From Stramenopiles sp. TOSAG23-2 (lineage: Eukaryota), in the NCBI GenBank assembly GCA_900128395.1, contig LT649347.1, positions 1 through 34,738 of the forward strand: a stretch of 34,738 nucleotides of DNA. The letters run 5' to 3'. Positions 1-10,581 of this stretch are shown one piece after another; position 1 is the stretch's first letter; every line of letters begins with the position of its first letter. The position numbers were made by a program, and so were the translations under genes. Below the pieces are notes generated by a model. The model worked only from the letters and a program-made list of their open reading frames with translations, was not told the DNA's origin and made no database searches.

Positions 1-1
1 T

Positions 2-393
2 GAATGGTATACCAAAGCAGCAGAACAAGGACATGCACTAGGTCAATGTAATCTTGGTACAATGTATTACAATGGTGATGGTGTTACAATGGATGACAAA
101 AAATCAGTTGAATGGTATACAAAATCAGCAGAACAAGGAAATGCACGTGGTCAATTTAATCTTGGCGTATGTATCAAAATGGTGATGGCGTTACAAAGGA
201 TTACAAAAAAGCAGTTGAATGGTATACAAAATCAGCAGAACAAGGATATGCACGTGGTCAATGTAATCTTGGTGAAATGTATCATAATGGTAAAGGTGTT
301 ACAAAGGATAAAGCAAAAGCTGTTGAATGGTATACAAAAGCAGCAGAACAAGGAAATACATTTGCAATTGATGCACTTAAAGACTTGTCATAA
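2..393 (+). CDS. Sel1-like repeat (SLR) protein, 3' part, with a 1-nt frameshift at ~167-168 (pseudogene or sequence error)
   Basis: 36-aa repeats of the form EWYTKxAEQGxAxGQxNLGxMYxNGxGVTxDxxKxV run from base 2. The frame switches at CTTGGC-GT-ATGTAT, where sister repeats have a full codon. Stop TAA at 391-393; 5' end lies outside the window. Confidence 0.9.
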
Positions 394-590
394 GATTAGA
401 TTTTCACAGGGTTTGCAACAGGTAAAAGGTGGGTTATAATTATGCTCGTGCTTTGTACGCGGTCGTAATTACGAAGTACGAGAGTTCCCAGGGAGTTCCA
501 TATATCATAGTTGAAGATTGCTAATATATATAGATTGCTTTTGATAAAAGTAAAAAAAGTACACACATCATTTTTTTTTCAAATATTTCT

Positions 591-2003
591 TTACAAAACA
601 ATAGTTTTTTTTTTACATAAAATCGTATCGATCTTACGAATTGCTTGATCCATCATATTTTTATTTTGCATATTATACCTTGCACCATAACCTTTTAAAC
701 AATTCATAGCACCAATGAAGGAAGCTCGTTTTAATGTCATTTCAATTGCTTGATCCATCATATTTTTATTTTGCATATTATACCTTGCACCATAACCTTT
801 TAAACAATTCATAGCACCAATGAAGGAAGCTCGTTTTAATGTCATTTCAATTGGATATGAATGAACAATACCTTCAATGAAACCACCAATAAATGCATCA
901 CCTGCACCTGTTGTATCGACAATCGGATTTATATTTGTATCTAAATTATATGCATCTACATGATACATATCATATACATTTTCTTTTATTTTTTTAACTG
1001 CTATACAACCTTCTTCACCTAATGTTATTATTAAATATTTGCATTTAGGATAATGATCTAACATTCGTAATAGAGATATTTCCATTTTATTTAAATTATT
1101 ATTATTATTATTATTACAATAATATGTATCCTCCTTCCACTTGTTATTATTATTATTATTATTGTTTGTATTATTTCCATGCAATTCCAATGGGTAATGT
1201 TTATTTGATACAATATATGTTGCATGATTTAATAATCGACGTAAACCTTCTCCATGAATTTTCATTAATGCTTTCGATCGTAATTCAGCTTCTACTAATA
1301 TATTAATTTTTTTCTCTATTGCAATTTTTACAGCAAAATATGCAGCATCCAAATGTCGTCCATCACAATGTAATAATGATACATCATGAAATAAAGAAAG
1401 GTGATTGAATAGGAATTGTTCTGATACATCCGATATACGTTGCTCGTATGGCATCGATATGATAGTTCTTGTATCGTTTGCCACCATGACAAAGCTAGTG
1501 ACGGTTTTTTTTTTAGTATTATTTTCCTCATCTATTGTTATTTTTTCAACTTCAACTCCATCAATATTAACTTGTTCACTTTTTAATTCATCCATTAATA
1601 TCTTTCCATTCAAATCATTTCCAACTTTACTTATTAAACGAGATTTGATTCCTAATCTACTTAGTTGCACTGCAGTATTTGCAGCATTTCCACCACCACC
1701 AAGTTGTTCACTTTTTAATTCATCCATTAATATCTTTCCATTCAAATCATTTCCAACTTTACTTATTAAACGAGATTTGATTCCTAATCTACTTAGTTGC
1801 ACTGCAGTATTTGCAGCATTTCCACCACCACCAAGTTGTTGTTTCAATGCAGTTTGTTTTGTATCTTGTTTTGGAAAATTATCAACAACAACGACATAAT
1901 CTAATACTAACATACCTAAAGATAATACATAACAATTATTATCATGTTGTTTCCCGTTATTATTATTATGATGATTTTGTAATGATGAAGAAGGATTATT
2001 CAA
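591..2003 (-). CDS. PfkB/ribokinase-family carbohydrate kinase (ketohexokinase/sulfofructose-kinase-like); start uncertain, two internal duplications
   Basis: GGGGNAANTAVQLSRLG, SKVGND, IITLGEEGC and DTTGAGDAFIGG PfkB signatures. The first in-frame ATG (1913) lies inside the first conserved strand. Confidence 0.9.
   Translation of the reverse strand: MNNPSSSLQNHHNNNNGKQHDNNCYVLSLGMLVLDYVVVVDNFPKQDTKQTALKQQLGGGGNAANTAVQLSRLGIKSRLISKVGNDLNGKILMDELKSEQLGGGGNAANTAVQLSRLGIKSRLISKVGNDLNGKILMDELKSEQVNIDGVEVEKITIDEENNTKKKTVTSFVMVANDTRTIISMPYEQRISDVSEQFLFNHLSLFHDVSLLHCDGRHLDAAYFAVKIAIEKKINILVEAELRSKALMKIHGEGLRRLLNHATYIVSNKHYPLELHGNNTNNNNNNNNKWKEDTYYCNNNNNNNLNKMEISLLRMLDHYPKCKYLIITLGEEGCIAVKKIKENVYDMYHVDAYNLDTNINPIVDTTGAGDAFIGGFIEGIVHSYPIEMTLKRASFIGAMNCLKGYGARYNMQNKNMMDQAIEMTLKRASFIGAMNCLKGYGARYNMQNKNMMDQAIRKIDTILCKKKTIVL
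639..853. repeat. Exact 105-bp tandem duplication within the PfkB CDS
   Basis: Units start at 639 and 744, with AATTG microhomology at 639, 744 and 849. Duplicates IEMTLKRAS...MMDQA. Confidence 0.95.
1572..1840. repeat. Exact 132-bp tandem duplication within the PfkB CDS
   Basis: Units start at 1572 and 1704, with TTGTT microhomology at 1572, 1704 and 1836. Duplicates QLGGGGNAAN...ELKSE. Confidence 0.95.
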
Positions 2004-4057
2004 TAATACATGGAACCCATTTAAAGTTTGAAGATACTACACCTTGTGTATATGCAAAAGTCAGAAGTGATCATAGATTATTTAGAAAATATGTCAAGAA
2101 GAAAATCAGTATATTAGAAGTAGATACCGAAGCAACACAAAGTGTAAATGTTGTACGGACGAAGATAGTGGAGCAAGCATCTCATGGTATGACACACGAA
2201 GAAGGTGGTTGGCCAGCTCAACTCGCTGATGAAATAACCCTTGAAGATACTCAAAGAATAAGAAAAAGAATATTAAAAGATGATAATTTTGTAAATAGTG
2301 TAAAAAAAGCTGCTGAAAAAGTCAATTATTGCGTAAATCAAAACATTGCTATTGACATATATGAAGATTATTTCGAAGATGAAGCGAACGATCATGATTT
2401 AACAGCATCAGACACATCCATTAAAGAAATTTGTACTGTATTAGATCCTAGCCTAACACCACGTGCTGTTATCAATATGTCTTGGTCAAAAACTGATATG
2501 GAACGTATAGTTTGTGCGTATTGTAATCCAACCTTTTCATCTACATCTAGTGGCGAAAATTTGCAAGGTTATGTTTGGAATATACTAAATCCAACAAAAC
2601 CAGAATTAGAGTTGGTTCCACAATCCCAAATACGAACTGTAAAATTTCGTAAAAATGGACAAGAGATTTTAACAGGATTGAGGAATGGGACACTTAATAT
2701 TTTTGATATACGCGCTGGATCTCATCCTGTCTCCACATCTTCGATCGATTGTAGTCATGAAGAGTCGGTTAGACAAGCAGATTGGCTTGTTACAAAGGGT
2801 GGCTTTGAATGCGTTTCTGTATCTACTGATGGTAAATTATGTTTTTGGGATTCTCGTAGATTAGATTCTCCAATACAATCAAATGTCTTAAGATGTCCAA
2901 AACTATCATCCAATCCAATACGCGGTGCAAAAGGTGGTGTGCCAGGTGGTGGTGCTAGAAGAGGTGGTGGCGGATTGAACCGTATGCTTTTGAAGTACCT
3001 TTCACCATATTCTCATAATCGCGTAAAGGAATATAGTGGAAATATTTTGCCTGGTACATGTGTTGCTGTTCCAACTACTATGCTTGGAAAAATTGACATT
3101 ATAACAGGAACAGAGACTGGGTTGATACTTTTATGTTCTGGTAAAAGTAGTAGATCGGAACATAAAGATAACAATAGCAATAGCCCATCAAATAATTATA
3201 GCAGTAAAAGCAGTAGCAGCCCATCAAACAAAAACAATAATACTGGAATACACAAAAGTAATAATAATAATAATACCATTCAAGAACAAATGATCGATAA
3301 TATTTTCTTAGGACATTTATCGTCTGTCCTTTCAATCAGTCGCAACCCATGCTTTCCAAATATTTTTTTATCAACTGGTGATTGGAGTACAAAAATTTGG
3401 TCCACTGATTTACCATGTCAAATAGCAAGTACAAATTATGGGACATACCATACAACTTCTGCTATGTGGAGCCCAACAAAAGTAGATACTTTTTTCGTAA
3501 CCGATGCTAGTGGAACAGTAAAAGCTTGGAAATATGAAACAATGGAACAAAAATGTTTTTATGAAAAGAAATTAACCAGTTCGCCAATTGTATCAATGGA
3601 AATGTGCAGTGATGGAGCATCTGCCATTGTAGGTGATAGTAAAGGTCGTACGATGGTATTAAATTTAAGTGAAAATTTATGTCGAAAATCTCAACGTGAT
3701 GAAAAGCAATTTATGAATTTAATGTCTAAACGAAAATTGACTGTAGGTGCTCAAGCAAGATTTGCAAGGCGTAAAGCAGAAGCATTTCCTGGTAGTAATG
3801 AGGAACATGATGATATAGCAGTAAATTCTGATGTTTATTTAGCTGAAGATTCCCATAATAATGATCCATCCGCTCAAAGGAATAGAAGCAGCAGAAGTAG
3901 AAGTGCTAGCATCTCGAAAGATGTTGATACTCTCTTACAATCTTTTGAGTTCAAGAAAATAGATGAAGAAGTAGATAAATTTTTTGTTAATCTTGTAAAT
4001 GAAAATTTACCACAATCAGTGATACGCATGTACGATGATGGGAAAGAAGAGAGTTGA
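1982..4057 (+). CDS. DNAI2: Axonemal dynein intermediate chain 2-like WD40 protein (divergent)
   Basis: GMTHEEGGWP and NQNIAIDIYEDYF match IC2/DNAI2 N-terminal motifs. WD40 repeats include SVSTDGKLCFWDSR and SRNPCFPNIFLSTGDWSTKIW. First ATG is at 1982. Confidence 0.8.
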   Translation: MMKKDYSIIHGTHLKFEDTTPCVYAKVRSDHRLFRKYVKKKISILEVDTEATQSVNVVRTKIVEQASHGMTHEEGGWPAQLADEITLEDTQRIRKRILKDDNFVNSVKKAAEKVNYCVNQNIAIDIYEDYFEDEANDHDLTASDTSIKEICTVLDPSLTPRAVINMSWSKTDMERIVCAYCNPTFSSTSSGENLQGYVWNILNPTKPELELVPQSQIRTVKFRKNGQEILTGLRNGTLNIFDIRAGSHPVSTSSIDCSHEESVRQADWLVTKGGFECVSVSTDGKLCFWDSRRLDSPIQSNVLRCPKLSSNPIRGAKGGVPGGGARRGGGGLNRMLLKYLSPYSHNRVKEYSGNILPGTCVAVPTTMLGKIDIITGTETGLILLCSGKSSRSEHKDNNSNSPSNNYSSKSSSSPSNKNNNTGIHKSNNNNNTIQEQMIDNIFLGHLSSVLSISRNPCFPNIFLSTGDWSTKIWSTDLPCQIASTNYGTYHTTSAMWSPTKVDTFFVTDASGTVKAWKYETMEQKCFYEKKLTSSPIVSMEMCSDGASAIVGDSKGRTMVLNLSENLCRKSQRDEKQFMNLMSKRKLTVGAQARFARRKAEAFPGSNEEHDDIAVNSDVYLAEDSHNNDPSAQRNRSSRSRSASISKDVDTLLQSFEFKKIDEEVDKFFVNLVNENLPQSVIRMYDDGKEES

Positions 4058-4395
4058 GTTTTGTGGTGTGGAGTGGTGGGAGAGATTCCTCTTTAAAATT
4101 TTCACGCAGCAGTACAATGTGGTGTGTATATATATATATATATATTAACATTTTACACGAAACTAATTTAACACCCACCCTTGATGGGAGGATAGAATTA
4201 TTGGATGAACAGAAGATATTCAGGATAAAACGTATTATAGTTTACTGTGTATATAAACATTGTAACATACGTTAAATCATTTGAAGTGAAAGAAAAATGC
4301 ATATATATATTTATCATATTTACTTAATCCGTTTTTAGTGTATGATTTTAATCTGCCTCCATATTTTTTCTTAATTTTCCCTCTCTCTCCTCTCC

Positions 4396-5718
4396 TCACT
4401 TTTTAACCTCCTCGACTGATTTAAATTTATCTACAGATGTTACAATTTTAGGACATAAAGTTTTACTACTAGTCTTGTTGTTACTTTGTTCATCGCTGCT
4501 ACATTCGCTATTAAATAATATTTCATGTGGACATGCATTGGTCAATGTTTTCTTTGCATTGTGAATAGATTGGGCATCTACATCGGTACTCGTGCTCCAA
4601 TGTTTACTGTGGTATACCATCAATGTTAACATTAATGGTAAATACCATAATGATGATTTAAATACCGCTTTTGCATTTTTATTATTCGATTCTTGTGAAA
4701 ATTTTCTTGCTAAATAATATACATAACCATTTATAAAAATAGATTCAACTGCAAACATGTATGATGTAATTTCCATCGCAGATGCAATTAATGGCAACGG
4801 TATCATATATGCCGTATACCTTTCAACTAACTTTGCTGTACGAACCCCAGTCGGGTCTGCTACAGGTACCATTTTATAACCACCCGCTGCATAATCTTTA
4901 CGATGAATCCATGCTAATGAGAAAAAATGTGGAAATTGCCATAAAAATAATGTACTTGCAAGCAAACCAGCTTCTGGTGTAAGCAATGAACCTGTAGCAG
5001 CTGCATATCCCATAACTGGTGGTATTGCACCAACTATTGCACCAACCCATGTATTCCATTCCGAATGCAATTTCATCGGAGTGTATACACCAGCATACAA
5101 TAAAATATTTCCTACGCCTAAAGCAGCTGTCATCGGGTTTGCACCTAATGCTAATAAACCTGCACTTGCAACACCAGTGGATACACCCCAACCAGCTGCA
5201 TGCATTCTTGATATTTTATTACGTGGCAATGGTCTACCTCTTGTCCTATTCATTAACGAATCTGTTTTTATTTCATATACTTGATTAAAGGTATTCGCGG
5301 AACAAGCGGCAAGAGTTGTGCCTATACTAACTGCAGCTAATCCAGACCACCCTATTGGTGTGCCTGCCATTAAAAAACCAGCTGACGTTGTCATAACAAC
5401 TAAACTAGATAACCTAGCTTTTGATAATTGTGAATAAATTTTTACTTGTTTACTTAATGCTTTACTATTTCCAGGTATTAATGGTATAGGACCTTTCGTC
5501 GCGGTAGCACGAGTTGTCGTTGCTGTTGTTGCATCAATGACGGTGGTGGTGGTCGTGGTGGTGGTGGTGCTGCTGCTACTATTGTTACGCCGTATTAAAC
5601 ATTGTCGATTTCTATTTATTATTATATTATGGTTGCAGCTATTCTTATTATTTTTAACGTTTTTTACGAAATAATGTTGTTTCGATAATATTTTTCTCAT
5701 TCCAGGCGAACGCATCAT
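4396..5718 (-). CDS. COX10: Protoheme IX farnesyltransferase (heme O synthase), mitochondrial
   Basis: LSKARLSSLVV, NQVYEIKTDSLMNRTRGRPLP, YTPMK, NTWVGAIVGAIPPVMG, WQFPHF and DYAAGGYKM motifs; basic N-terminal presequence-like extension. Confidence 0.96.
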   Translation of the reverse strand: MMRSPGMRKILSKQHYFVKNVKNNKNSCNHNIIINRNRQCLIRRNNSSSSTTTTTTTTTVIDATTATTTRATATKGPIPLIPGNSKALSKQVKIYSQLSKARLSSLVVMTTSAGFLMAGTPIGWSGLAAVSIGTTLAACSANTFNQVYEIKTDSLMNRTRGRPLPRNKISRMHAAGWGVSTGVASAGLLALGANPMTAALGVGNILLYAGVYTPMKLHSEWNTWVGAIVGAIPPVMGYAAATGSLLTPEAGLLASTLFLWQFPHFFSLAWIHRKDYAAGGYKMVPVADPTGVRTAKLVERYTAYMIPLPLIASAMEITSYMFAVESIFINGYVYYLARKFSQESNNKNAKAVFKSSLWYLPLMLTLMVYHSKHWSTSTDVDAQSIHNAKKTLTNACPHEILFNSECSSDEQSNNKTSSKTLCPKIVTSVDKFKSVEEVKK

Positions 5719-5840
5719 CTTGAATCACTGTGTATTCCTGACACACACACACACACAGAGAGAAATCAATACACAAAAAGACACTATATATATATATATA
5801 ATATAAATCAAATTGTGGTAATCTTTGTTATATCTCCACA

Positions 5841-6296
5841 TATATATATGATGTATATACTGTATTCACATCAAGGATATTAAATGAATATATATATATT
5901 CTATCATACACACAGTTATGAAGTCAGTGGTGATCGAATAATAGGCCCACATCGCGTGTGTGTTTTTTGGCCGGGCGGCCTTGTGGCACCTTTTGTAAAA
6001 TATTAGAAGACGGATAAAACCTTTCCCAAAAACAGAGTATAGCTTTACTATACCAATTTATATATATGATGTATATACTGTATTCACATCAAGGATATTA
6101 AATGAATATATATATTCTATCACACACACAGTTATGAAGTCAGTGGTGATCGATAATCGGCCCACATCGCGTGTGTGTTTTTTGGCCGGCCCGGCCGGGC
6201 CTTGTGTGGATTGTGGCACCTTTTGTAAAATACTAGTATAAGAAGACGGATAAAACCTTTCCCAAAAACAGAGTATAGCTTTACTATACCAATTTA
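5841..6296. repeat. Imperfect ~220-235 bp tandem duplication in the intergenic region
   Basis: TATATGATGTATATACTGTATTCAC...GCTTTACTATACCAATTTA occurs twice, with small indels and substitutions. Confidence 0.9.
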
Positions 6297-6514
6297 TGTA
6301 TATTTAATAGGTAGACATTGAAAATATCAATAAAACTCGGATATTCTTGATATTTTCATCCAAATTAACATTGGCCAAGAAGACGGATAAAACCTTTCCC
6401 AAAAACAGAGTATAGCTTTACTATACCAATTTATGTATATTTAATAGGTAGACATTGAAAATATCAATAAAACTCGGATATTCTTGATATTTTCATCCAA
6501 ATTAACATTGGCCA
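6240..6514. repeat. Exact 137-bp tandem duplication
   Basis: AAGAAGACGGATAAAACC...AACATTGGCC starts at 6240 and at 6377. Confidence 0.95.
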
Positions 6515-6718
6515 TTTTTGGATTTTATTATTATGAATTTATTTTATCCTTGCGATCATATAAAAATTTCAAAAAAATAAATAAAAAATGTATGACTATA
6601 CACACACATATATACATTAACATACAGATATACATGTTGTAAATGAGATAGTTCATATATACGAAATGAAATAGTAGTAATATTTAATTGTAATAATAAT
6701 AACAACAACAACAATTGT

Positions 6719-7486
6719 ATGCGTCGTCAATACGGGACATTGGGTGAGACGAGAAATACAATGAATACTAGAAATGATAACAATGGCAGAATATCGCTAA
6801 CTAATAGTGATTATAATACAAATAATAATAGGAACAATGATTTTTTAATGTTGCCAGAGGAAGAAGAACGCATTGAAAACAATTTTTCAGAAAGTGAAAA
6901 GGCACAACAAGAATGGTATCATATACTAGCAAACAGATTAAGATACACACAAGGTTATATTTTATTTTACATGTTTGTTTTAATATTAGGAGTTATTGTC
7001 TTAGTATGGTCTATGTATGATTTTATTAAAGTTGAAAATCAAAGACGGTCTGGTGGTGGTAGTGGAGGTAAAAACGATGAAAGTGAAAGTAAAAGACACC
7101 CAGCCCTTTTAGCATTAGATGTAATATTAGTTATTTGCATTTGTATCGAAGTATTGATACGATATTTAGCAACAAGTGAAAATTTCTTCAACCGTTGTTC
7201 TAATTTTTCCGACGTTGCATTAAGTTTGCTTTGTGTAATAGGATTATTTTTGGATTTTAGTGTGCCTTTAAAAAATGATAATGGCATTAGTTTTTTAATG
7301 TTTTTAAATACTGCATTATTATGCGTCAGGGGTTTGTGGGTATTGATTCGTGTAATTAAAATCATGATGGATCGTAGAAAAGCACAAGCATTAGCTGATT
7401 TGGAGCAAAATCAAATTATTTTTGAAGATGATGGTGGTGATATGCAACAAAGTTATCGTGAATTTGGCAACTATGTCGAGAGTTGA
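6719..7486 (+). CDS. Four-TM stand-alone voltage-sensor-like (S1-S4) membrane protein
   Basis: Four hydrophobic helices: S2 ICIEVLIRY, S3 FFNRCSNFSDVALSLLCV, S4 VRGLWVLIRVIK with spaced basic residues. No pore domain follows. Confidence 0.65.
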   Translation: MRRQYGTLGETRNTMNTRNDNNGRISLTNSDYNTNNNRNNDFLMLPEEEERIENNFSESEKAQQEWYHILANRLRYTQGYILFYMFVLILGVIVLVWSMYDFIKVENQRRSGGGSGGKNDESESKRHPALLALDVILVICICIEVLIRYLATSENFFNRCSNFSDVALSLLCVIGLFLDFSVPLKNDNGISFLMFLNTALLCVRGLWVLIRVIKIMMDRRKAQALADLEQNQIIFEDDGGDMQQSYREFGNYVES

Positions 7487-7915
7487 GTATGCATATTAGT
7501 ATGCATATGTGTGTATTGAGAGCATAATATTCTTCCAAAAGAGAGAGAGATATAAAATTATATTATTTAAAAAAATTATATATCATAGGGGATTAAATTT
7601 TTAAATTAGTCTATATAATTCCTTTTAGAGTGTTCGTAACTTTTACGGTTCATAGATTTTAAAACGACACATCTAATTTTATCTTTCAAGATGGAGAAGT
7701 CCTGTGAAGCATTTTTTTCGTTCTGGCACACTCTTTGTGTATAGGTTTATTTATGATAGGCTTTTAAAAAATATTACACACAAAGTATTTTCTTTTTTAT
7801 TTTACATTTTTAAAACGACAATTTTATGTACACAAATACAGTGTACGGCTCGTATATATATATACACATTTTCACCACCCACCTGGTGTCTTATATGTGT
7901 GTAAATACGTACACA

Positions 7916-9304
7916 CTACTTCTCAGCATCTTTAAAACTATTTAACATTTCAGCAACAGGATCATGTTTATTTTCATGATGATCACATACACCATCAACA
8001 GCAAAACATTCAACACAATGACGATAACACATACCCCGCCCAATAGTCTGAGCGTATATACATGGTCTATATTCTTGCCTTCGTCTAGCTAATTTATCTT
8101 CATACTGTTCTTGTTCCGCTTCGTTTCTTCGTTGTATAATCCCTAATTTTTCTAAACGCATTGATTCTCTTAATTCTTCTTGATGTTTTAAATATGCACG
8201 TTTAACTACTAATGGTATAATAATTGGTGGTTTATAATTCATTTCATGAAATTTTTCAATCAACCAAGTTAATAATTTGAAAAAGCCTAACTCGTCATAA
8301 TGATCTAAATTTCTTGGATTTCCATCAATCATATTTGCAACATTATATATAGCAATTTGGCAAATATGCAAATCTAATACAAAAGGTGTCGTCCTTTTTT
8401 TCTTTTCGTCAGGATCTTCTATCCCCATAATTTTATTTTTCAAATTTATACGTTTTCTAGGCTCATTATTTGCCCTTGCTGCTTTTCGTTTTCTTACCTC
8501 TTCTTCTAAATGTTTCTTATGTTCCCTTTCACCCCAGCCAGAAAATTCATGTATTGCACCGATGCAACGAGTGGTCATGCCTAATTTGCCACATAATGAC
8601 CTTCCTTCTGCACCTACTGATAAATTGCAAGAAATGTTCAAACCAAATAATGTTATCCGATGGTTTGGACAATATTCTTCCATTGCATAACACATTGTAT
8701 GTATCGCAGATTCTGCATTTTCTTTTATTTTTTCTATATTATCTTGATGTTCTGGCCCTGTTAAGTCAGCTACTGCTTGCAAGCCAACTTGCTGTACGTC
8801 TTCTTTTAAAGGATGGTTTCTCATTATTTCCAATATTTTTAAAACATCATTTGCTTTAAATGCCGCATCGATTTGTTTTTGTCCTACTCTATTACAAACC
8901 ATAAATAATTTTGTTAAACAAACATTTGCATCTTCCATCACATAACTATCATATTTATGTATTTTTAATAACACTTCAAATAAATCTTTAGCTTTTAATA
9001 TTCTCATTTGTTCTGCACATCCTTCATGATCCATCGTGAATGTCCATAATCTACAAGCGGCACGTACAACCAATTCATTCGCCTTATGTTTTTCACATGA
9101 TTCAATTATTCTTGCATTGCCTTCCAACTCATAATAAAATTCCATATGTGCGTCACTTTTATTAGCAATATCTTGTATAGTTTCTATACCAAACATTTGC
9201 ATTTCAGGGTCGTCTATTTCAGAAGTTAAATTATCCAACCATTCGCCTAGTTTTGCTTTCCAAAACATTAAACGTTTAGTTCTCATACTAGCTCCACTTC
9301 CCAT
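7916..9304 (-). CDS. Armadillo-like helical repeat protein with a putative N-myristoylation site
   Basis: MGSGAS start; ARM-like segments such as ILEIMRNHPLKEDVQQVGLQAVADL; coiled-coil and Cys/His-rich C-terminus. Confidence 0.7.
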   Translation of the reverse strand: MGSGASMRTKRLMFWKAKLGEWLDNLTSEIDDPEMQMFGIETIQDIANKSDAHMEFYYELEGNARIIESCEKHKANELVVRAACRLWTFTMDHEGCAEQMRILKAKDLFEVLLKIHKYDSYVMEDANVCLTKLFMVCNRVGQKQIDAAFKANDVLKILEIMRNHPLKEDVQQVGLQAVADLTGPEHQDNIEKIKENAESAIHTMCYAMEEYCPNHRITLFGLNISCNLSVGAEGRSLCGKLGMTTRCIGAIHEFSGWGEREHKKHLEEEVRKRKAARANNEPRKRINLKNKIMGIEDPDEKKKRTTPFVLDLHICQIAIYNVANMIDGNPRNLDHYDELGFFKLLTWLIEKFHEMNYKPPIIIPLVVKRAYLKHQEELRESMRLEKLGIIQRRNEAEQEQYEDKLARRRQEYRPCIYAQTIGRGMCYRHCVECFAVDGVCDHHENKHDPVAEMLNSFKDAEK

Positions 9305-10050
9305 TTTTATTTTTTATGTACAATTAAATATTTTACGACTAGCAAAATGTGAGTGGTTATTTATTAATTTCTGGAAATACGTTAAATTATTTCTTCTTTA
9401 TTAGTTTTATTTAAAACTGATTTAGTTGTAATAATAATGTACTATATATAGATATAATAGTTGTTTTTTTATTATTATTTTTTTTTCTTCTTCTTTTTTT
9501 TTTTCTATTATGGTATGTGTATGCTAATCAGGGGATTTGTTCCATAACAACTATAAAATCATCAGAAACATCCAATTGGAGGGATTTATTATCATAATAA
9601 ATTATTTTCATTTCATTAATATATTAGTATTGTATGATTATGTTTATATCGGATTTTTCATACATATGTATAAATTGGGAATTTATCTGTTTTAACGTAA
9701 TATTAATACATCAATAGTACACTTACACATATTATTTTATACTTTTGTGATGTGTAAAGTAATAGTTATAGTGTGACTTACAAAATCGAAAAAAAAAAGG
9801 CTGATGCTGTGGTGCTGTGCCAAAATTTCCAAATTACTACAGTTTCCTTTTTATATAGTCAATAATTTATACTTCTTACAGTAACAAAAAGCTTATTAAC
9901 TTACACGAAAATCCTTTTTTTTTTTATGGGAAAGATTTTACAATTATATATTTATATACATATACATGCCAGAATGTAAATATAGAAAGAGAAAGTGAAC
10001 AAAAAGTATATAAGCTACATTGTATTTGATATATTTCATATAATTTCATA

Positions 10051-10581
10051 ATGGGTGGTGTGTGCGATAAAATTACCAACTGGCGTGGGCCGAATCGATG
10101 TGTGCCAATGTATGGCCATCCTGCATCAGATATTGCTGTCTTCGTTGCAAACTTATTTATGATAGGATTTGCCATTGAAGCGTCGCTTCGTGGTGTAGAT
10201 AGTAATGAAGTGTGTGAATATCCTTTAGATTCCTGGATAATCATGCAAGTTTTGATGATGGTGCTGCTGCAGATAGTGGCCCCTTTGCTCTTAATTATCC
10301 CAGAAAAGCCAAATGTATTATCACCTATGATGTCTTTTGCTTTATTTTTTGCACAGTGGATTATCTTATTAATTGGCTGGGTATGGGTCTTTTCACCATC
10401 TAACTGCTCGTACAGTGCTCCGTATTTGTATGGTGGTGCATATTGGTTAGTAGTAGTATATACAATGACAGTAGCTTTGGAAAGTGTATGGTATGGTAGA
10501 ATTTATTATGCTTTTTATAAAAATAATCCAAATAAACAAATGTTTGCTGTTAAATGCGATGCATGTTCATGTTATGCATAA
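10051..10581 (+). CDS. Small 4-TM membrane protein of unknown function
   Basis: 176-aa ATG-initiated ORF with four hydrophobic segments and loop cysteines (CEYPLDSW; GWVWVFSPSNCSYSAPYLY). The pattern recalls TM modules of some RING E3 ligases, but no RING is present. Confidence 0.7.
   Translation: MGGVCDKITNWRGPNRCVPMYGHPASDIAVFVANLFMIGFAIEASLRGVDSNEVCEYPLDSWIIMQVLMMVLLQIVAPLLLIIPEKPNVLSPMMSFALFFAQWIILLIGWVWVFSPSNCSYSAPYLYGGAYWLVVVYTMTVALESVWYGRIYYAFYKNNPNKQMFAVKCDACSCYA

Noticed and set aside
1811-1981. N-terminal extension of the 748-aa ORF
   Set aside because: It begins at TTG and is the antisense of the PfkB CDS; dynein similarity starts after ATG 1982.
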